Source: Histomonas meleagridis 2922-C6/04-290x (taxonomy: Eukaryota > Protista > Parabasalia). From it: a stretch of 64,000 nt of DNA. The notes under the pieces were generated by a model that saw only the letters and a program-made list of their open reading frames with translations, was not told where the DNA came from and made no database searches. The stretch is from NCBI GenBank assembly GCA_020184695.1, contig JAANOX010000128.1, positions 243,982-307,981 of the forward strand, written 5' to 3'. Position 1 is the first letter of the stretch; the number at the start of each line of letters is the position of its first letter. Position numbers and translations under genes: made by a program. Shown here one piece after another: positions 58,182-64,000 of the stretch.

Positions 58182-61052
58182 TCAATTTTCGTCTTCAGGT
58201 ACTGGATGCTTCTCAAAGAACTCTTCCCAATATTGTGTTCCTAAGTCGAATGTATCAACAAATTTAATATGGAGTTCTTCAGCATAGAATGCGCTTGGGT
58301 TCTTATTCGGGTACATTTCCTTATCTCCTGTGTACGAATCAGGTATATTTTCATCGAAATACTGAATCGCTGCCTTTCTAATTCCTCTTGAGTACTTCCC
58401 ATTAGATGTATATTGTTTATAGTCGTTTGAGTCCTGGAAGTAAATAGTTCTAATCCATCCATCATCATCATATTTCACACCATATATTGTCATTGCATGA
58501 AGACCGCCCCAGTATTCTGCGCCAAAACCAGTGAACCAGTTCTTTTCGAATGCTTGAGTAAATACTTCGTTAAATTGCTTTCGTGATATACCTGTAACTC
58601 TTATTGGATTGTTAAATGCTAACTGTGCATCACCGAATACATCTTTAAAGTATCCGCCATTATCAACTGTTTCAGAGCCACTAATGTACCATTTAAATCC
58701 ATTGACTGCATAGCCTCCATCATTAGGCCAATTCTTACGAAAATCATCGAATACACCGCTATCCCATTCACCGCCATATGTTCCATTAACTTTAGATTTG
58801 TTTGGATACAATTTATAGTATTTTTCGATATAATGTTTGTTATTCTCTATGAACCAGTGAAGTGCATTGGATGCAGCAGCGGCCCAACACATATTACCAT
58901 CACTTCCCCATTCTGATGGATAATGCTTCTTACAGTCCCACCATTTACCTGAGTCATATTCTTTGATCCATGGAATTGTATAAACATCTGTATTAGCATA
59001 CATTAATACCAGTCTATCTTTGGTGAAATTTGTAATTCCCTTTAACCAAACTGTTTTACCTCTATACTTTAAGTTATTTCCGCCGACATTGTCATTTACT
59101 TTTTCTTCATATACTGCAAAAAGTGTTATATCCTCTGTTATTGTTCCTTTTTTGAAACATGCATTATCTATATAGTAATCTGGGGTTTTAGCACCTGCTG
59201 TGCGACTCCATCCGATTAATGGAGCTTCATTTTTGGTGATTTTGTTTAAGTAGTTAGGGAAGTATACTTCACTGTTTAAGTGATTCTTTTTATCAACATA
59301 TAATGGTTCAACATCCCCAGTTCCATTTTGAATATCGAATGTAACAGTCCAATAATCATTTGACCATTGTGCATATAAATTCCAAATTCCTTTGTCTTCT
59401 CCTTTGTTTGAAAACACTTGGTAATACGAGAATAAAAAAGTCCATTCGTTAAGGGTTGGATCTGATGCCCATCCAACAAATGCTTTACCATCATTAGTAA
59501 TTTGTTTTGGTGGTCTGTCGAGATATACTCTGATAGAATTATCAGTAAGTGAAACAAGTTGTCCTTCAACTGCACCTTCGCCACCATTCATATTATACTT
59601 AATAAGGAAATAACCTGATGGAATGTTTTCAACCCATTTTGCATATAATGTGATTGAACCAGTGAATGTAAATGGAAATTCAACACGTGTATCTTCAGTA
59701 CATTCCTTTGATGAATACCATCCAGCAAAATCATAGCCAAAGTTATGAAAAGTTGAATAAAAATCATTAACAAGATCACCAATAGAATATGATTGTGATG
59801 GCATTGTACCAAATCCTCCATTAGCATCGAATGATACTGTTTCATCGGAATAAAAATCTCGAGCATATAACTCAAGAGATTGAGTGATAGTATATGGGAA
59901 AGAAATTTTCGATCGAACTGGATGTACAAATTCATTAACAATAGTTCCATTTACATATGTTTCAGTTTTATCTTTAGTTGTTCCATCATTGTAATGGAAT
60001 GTGATGTCGTAATAAATATATTTGGTCCAAATCACTTTGAAGGTAACATTTTGCTTGAAATTATATGGGAATTTAACCTTTTCTCCAGTTGTAACTTCAA
60101 TGAAACCATCAAAGTATACATCATTAGATGGTGGTGCGAATGTGTTTGCCATTTCATTTACAGGAAGTGTAGCATCGCATCGTAATGAATCTAAAGTGCC
60201 TTCACCGCCGTTTCCATCGAAAGTAATTTCACCATCAACTTGTGTAAGAGATTCCCACTTCGGATATAATGTGAGATTTTGTTTGAAAGTAGTAGGGAAC
60301 TCAACTGGTGTTGTCCAATTGTATTCATAGTACCAACCACCAAAGTTATAACCAGTACGTCGATATGCATTTGGTATACTATCGACTATTGTTATAGATG
60401 TGATATTCAATGGATACATAAAGTTAATGCCTCCGAGATCATGGAAACTGATTTGAACAGGGAATTCGACTTCAGACCATTTCGCATATAAAGTAACATC
60501 GTTTTCCACAACATATGGAAATTCAATATCTGCACCATTAGGTTGAGTGGACCAACCGCCTATGTAATGGTTTTCTTTCGTGAAGTTTATGGAAAATTGT
60601 AAAATTATTTGTCCTTGATTAAGTACTTGCTTAACTTCTGTACCTTCGCCACCATTTGGATTAAATGTAATGTATTTCAAATCAGGTAATGGAATAGGTG
60701 TTGGAGGGGACGTAGGGTCGATTACAGGTGTAGGAGCGGACGTAGGGTCGATTACAGGTGTAGGAGCGGACGTAGGGTCGATTACAGGTGTTGGAGCGGA
60801 CGTAGGGTCGATTGCAGGTGTAGGAGTTGCAGGAGTAAATGTTGAAGAAGATGGAGAGGAACTATCTTGTGTAGGTGCTTTAGCATCTGAATCAGATGTT
60901 AAAACAACAGCTAAGATAATTACAATTGCAATAACAACTATACCAATTGATGCGCCAATGATAATTTTTTTCTTAGTACAGCTACTTGGTGATGAATCTT
61001 AATAAGAGTCGATGTCATCACTTAATTTATCCATGTCATTGAGTTCATTCAT
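58182..61052 (-). CDS. Type II membrane protein: TM, S/T/P stalk, InlB B-repeat (Listeria-Bacteroides) domains, C-terminal IdeS/Mac-1 cysteine protease; in-frame TAA at codon 18
   Basis: ATG 61052 after a TCA Inr, TAA 60999-61001, TM IIIGASIGIVVIAIVIILAVVL, repeats ITFDxNGGxG...GW...TLYAKW, WWDCKK..DGNMCWAAAASNALHWF, LHAMTIYG..IYFQDSND. Confidence 0.8.
60697..60826 (-). repeat. About 4.3 copies of a 30-bp coding repeat (PTPVIDPTSA)
   Basis: Units start at 60697, 60727, 60757, 60787. Confidence 0.9.
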
Positions 61053-61733
61053 GGTTTTTATGAGATGATGACATCGAACCTCGAGGTTTTACAGACAGAT
61101 CTGTCAGTGAAGAAGAATCAAAACTGTAATTAGCTTTGAAAATTCTGATAGTAAATTGTTATGTCGTAAACTGTTAACAATAACCATTTTCAAATTTGAA
61201 AAAATATTCAACGGTTTGAACTTGGTGAAAAACTTTGTGAAAGGAGTTTTTGTGTGGTTGTATGGAAGAGCTTCCAATGAAAAACAGCTTCAATGTCATC
61301 GTCTTTTTATGACGACGGTTAGTGATTTCGAGCGTATATATGTGTAAACTGTGTTTAGAGCTCAGCACTGATAATACAGGCAAACTATTCAATGTTTCTC
61401 TTGGAATGAAATGCTCAATTGCATTATAAGTATTTCCATATATATACACACACACAGCGGGGCCTCCATTCCTTCGGAATTTCAGCCCGGTTATAAAAAG
61501 ATATATCATTTGCAGAATTACTTTGTCACAAGGACCGGTTTAATTACAAAAAATTAATTATTTAAGACTTTGCTATGTGCTGATTTTATTTTTGAATGTT
61601 TGAATTTTGGAGTATATATCCTTACATGATAATGATAAATATTAGGTTTTTAAAAGTTAGTATTTTGAATACACATATATATCTAACATAATAATGATAA
61701 TTCATATTACTTCAAAAATTATATTTTAAAATG

Positions 61734-62051
61734 ATGTTCCCTGTTCCTGGATGTTCCGGGGGGAACAACATTCATCTAAAAGTTGAGGGCAAAAGGCAAA
61801 TCGGCAATAAGCAATCGGCAAAATGCTTTATGCTTATTAAATCAATTTCTATATTTATATATTCTCATATAAGAACTAGGAAGGAACATACTATAAAATA
61901 CATGAATTATTAGGGGGATGTTTGTATACACATGCCCAAAATACGCTGTTAATGTTGCCCTGTTGCCAAAATCTGTTGCCCAGTTGCCCTTTGCCCCTAA
62001 CTCTTAAGGTAATGTTCATGAACCGGGTACAAGCAGGAACAAGGGGAACAT
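61734..62051. repeat. Imperfect inverted repeat, arms about 90-100 bp, with GGCAA/TTGCC iterations
   Basis: Left arm 61734-61823 aligns to the reverse complement of 61954-62051. Confidence 0.7.
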
Positions 62052-62443
62052 TCAATTATCTATGAAATTCAAGGTTAATTTACTGTACTTTTGATACGTT
62101 GAATATTAATTAAAAATAAGATTTCTTCAATACACACACACACACAGCGCTATTGAAGCTTCGCGTGATACGCTCGCTTCAAGCCGCGCTACATAAAAGA
62201 AAGCATTAACGATAGAGGATGATTGAAAATTAGGATTAACGGTAGGTTTTAAGGAAACATGTGCGAAAAATAAAAATATTAAAACCTTACTTACTCTTAC
62301 CTAACTTACCTATAAAAACTAGAAAATTTAAGAAAGAGGATAAATACATGCGGACAAAAACCAAGGTAAGTAAGAGTAAGGTAAGTAAGGAAATTAAGCT
62401 TAGTTTTGAAGTAGTTTTTTGTTTTTTTATTCTTACTAAAAAG

Positions 62444-63808
62444 ATGTCAGAGGTAAGTATTGATATAAACAACAAATTCAATCTAATGGATATTAGAAAT
62501 AATGCTCCCTATGATTTAAACGGAGATGACGCAATAATCGATTTAAAGAAATGTTTTTTAGTATGTGATTCAACACCTGAAGTATTTATGTTTAAAGATT
62601 ATGACGCAGTGAATGATTATGTTAAAGTAAGTTATACATCAGAAAACGTTGCAAAACAAAAGCTAAAGAAAATAATTATTGGCAAAAGAACTGAAGGAAA
62701 CAAAACAAAAAACGTTTCCGCTTGGGATTTATATTTAGAAAATACAGAAATATTTACGGTAAAAGCATTAAAATTTTATTCCGAAGACCCTCAAATTTTT
62801 ACTTACTTTAGAGGTTATGATTATAAAAAGCTTGATAAAGTAAAAACAGAAATTATACAACCGTTTTTAGATCATGTAAGAGAAGTAATAGCAAATGGAA
62901 ATGAAGAAATTTATAGATATATTTTAATTTGGGTCGGGAGCATTCTTCAAAAACCAAATTTCAAAACTGGAGTTGCATCAGTTATATTAGGAAATTAAGG
63001 AACAGGAAAAAATACATTTTTTACAGATGTAATATGCAAATTAATTGCAAGATACGCAAATGAAAACGTTACAAATATTGAGTCAGTCGTAGGAAAATTT
63101 AATGCAACATTAGAAAACAAAAAGCTATCGGTTATAAATGAATTACACAGTATTGATACTAATAAATTTTTAAATTCCGATGCGTTAAAATATATTATAA
63201 CAGATAAAACAATAAATATAAATCGAAAGAATGAACCGATGAGAGAAACAGAAAATGTTGCGAATTTTATAATGGTATCGAATAATGATGTTCCAATAAA
63301 GATTGAAAGTTATGATAGAAGATATGTTGTAACAAAAACAAGTGATAAGCATTTACAAGATTTTGATTATTTCTCAAAACTTGCTGATTCATTCACGCCT
63401 GAATTTTATGAAAATTTATTTACATTTTTCATGTTAATGGATGTGTCGAAAGTAAATTTAAGAAGAATTCCGAACAGTGAAGCAAAAGAAAATATAAAAG
63501 AAGCTTCAATGTCAAGTTATGAAATATTCGCTAGAGACAATTACGAAAAAATCAAAAACATAACAGGTCCTGATTTATTTAATTTATATTGTGATTTTGT
63601 TGAAAAAAATAAATTCAACAGTTGCAGTTCAAGGACTTTTATTGCAAATATGAAAAAATTCACTGGAAATGCTTCTGCAAAAAGGATTGATGGAAAAGTA
63701 TTTAAAGTATATAATTTATTGCCAGAAGTTTATGATAGGTTTGAAAAATATCACAAAAAATTAGAAGAACAAATAGTTGATGATGAAGTTGATGATGATG
63801 CTTTATGA
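62444..63808 (+). pseudogene. SF3 (D5/NrS-1-like) helicase of viral or Maverick type; TAA inside Walker A
   Basis: ILGN*GTGKN (TAA 62996-62998), VGKFNA, LSVINE, LKYIIT, FIMVSNN, DRRY; ORFs 62261-62998 and 63239-63808 are in frame with open sequence between. Confidence 0.8.
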
Positions 63809-64000
63809 ATATGTTTATTTTTATCAAAAAAGTACCATTAAAATTTCAAGGGTTAAAAAATAACCAAAAAGTGAACCCTTTACGAAACGGAGTAAATAAG
63901 CATTTTTTGAAGGATTTAACACAAAAGGAAAATGACAAAAATTAAAATATTTCGTTATGTGATAGTTATTTTTATATAATTTACATATCAAATGATTTCC

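Noticed and set aside
61174-61913. ORFs 61174-61509 and 61731-61913
   Set aside because: No recognisable motifs; they overlap hairpin and inverted-repeat DNA

Overview
AT-rich, gene-dense eukaryotic DNA. The gene content (DUF3447/ankyrin family, beta-amylase, divergent H3/H4 pair, TCA initiator motifs, no canonical introns seen) points to a parabasalid protist such as Tritrichomonas/Trichomonas; this is an inference. About 30 ordinary genes are present (Vps16, Vps4, Vps52, TAF1, RPB11, RPAP2, meckelin, HYLS1-like, H3/H4, small GTPases, kinase, DHHC, homeobox), plus a decayed DD34D mariner, a 55-56 bp minisatellite and a virus/Maverick-like SF3 helicase next to hairpins and inverted repeats. 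Main candidate for an undescribed system: at three separate loci, every C-terminal ankyrin repeat (30 intact codons) is separated from the next by an AT-rich spacer of fixed length (80 nt in 9 of 10 copies, 83 in one). The spacer breaks the frame, usually carries a stop, lacks GT-AG ends, and keeps its length even where its sequence has diverged, while the ankyrin cassettes stay open and vary at binding-surface residues. This suggests non-canonical introns, recoding, or a cassette system. Second highlight: a type II membrane protein with InlB-like repeats and a C-terminal IdeS/Mac-1 (immunoglobulin protease-type) domain, probably of bacterial origin. Four otherwise continuous ORFs contain a single in-frame TAA where Gln would fit. 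Several 1-nt homopolymer frameshifts may be assembly errors.
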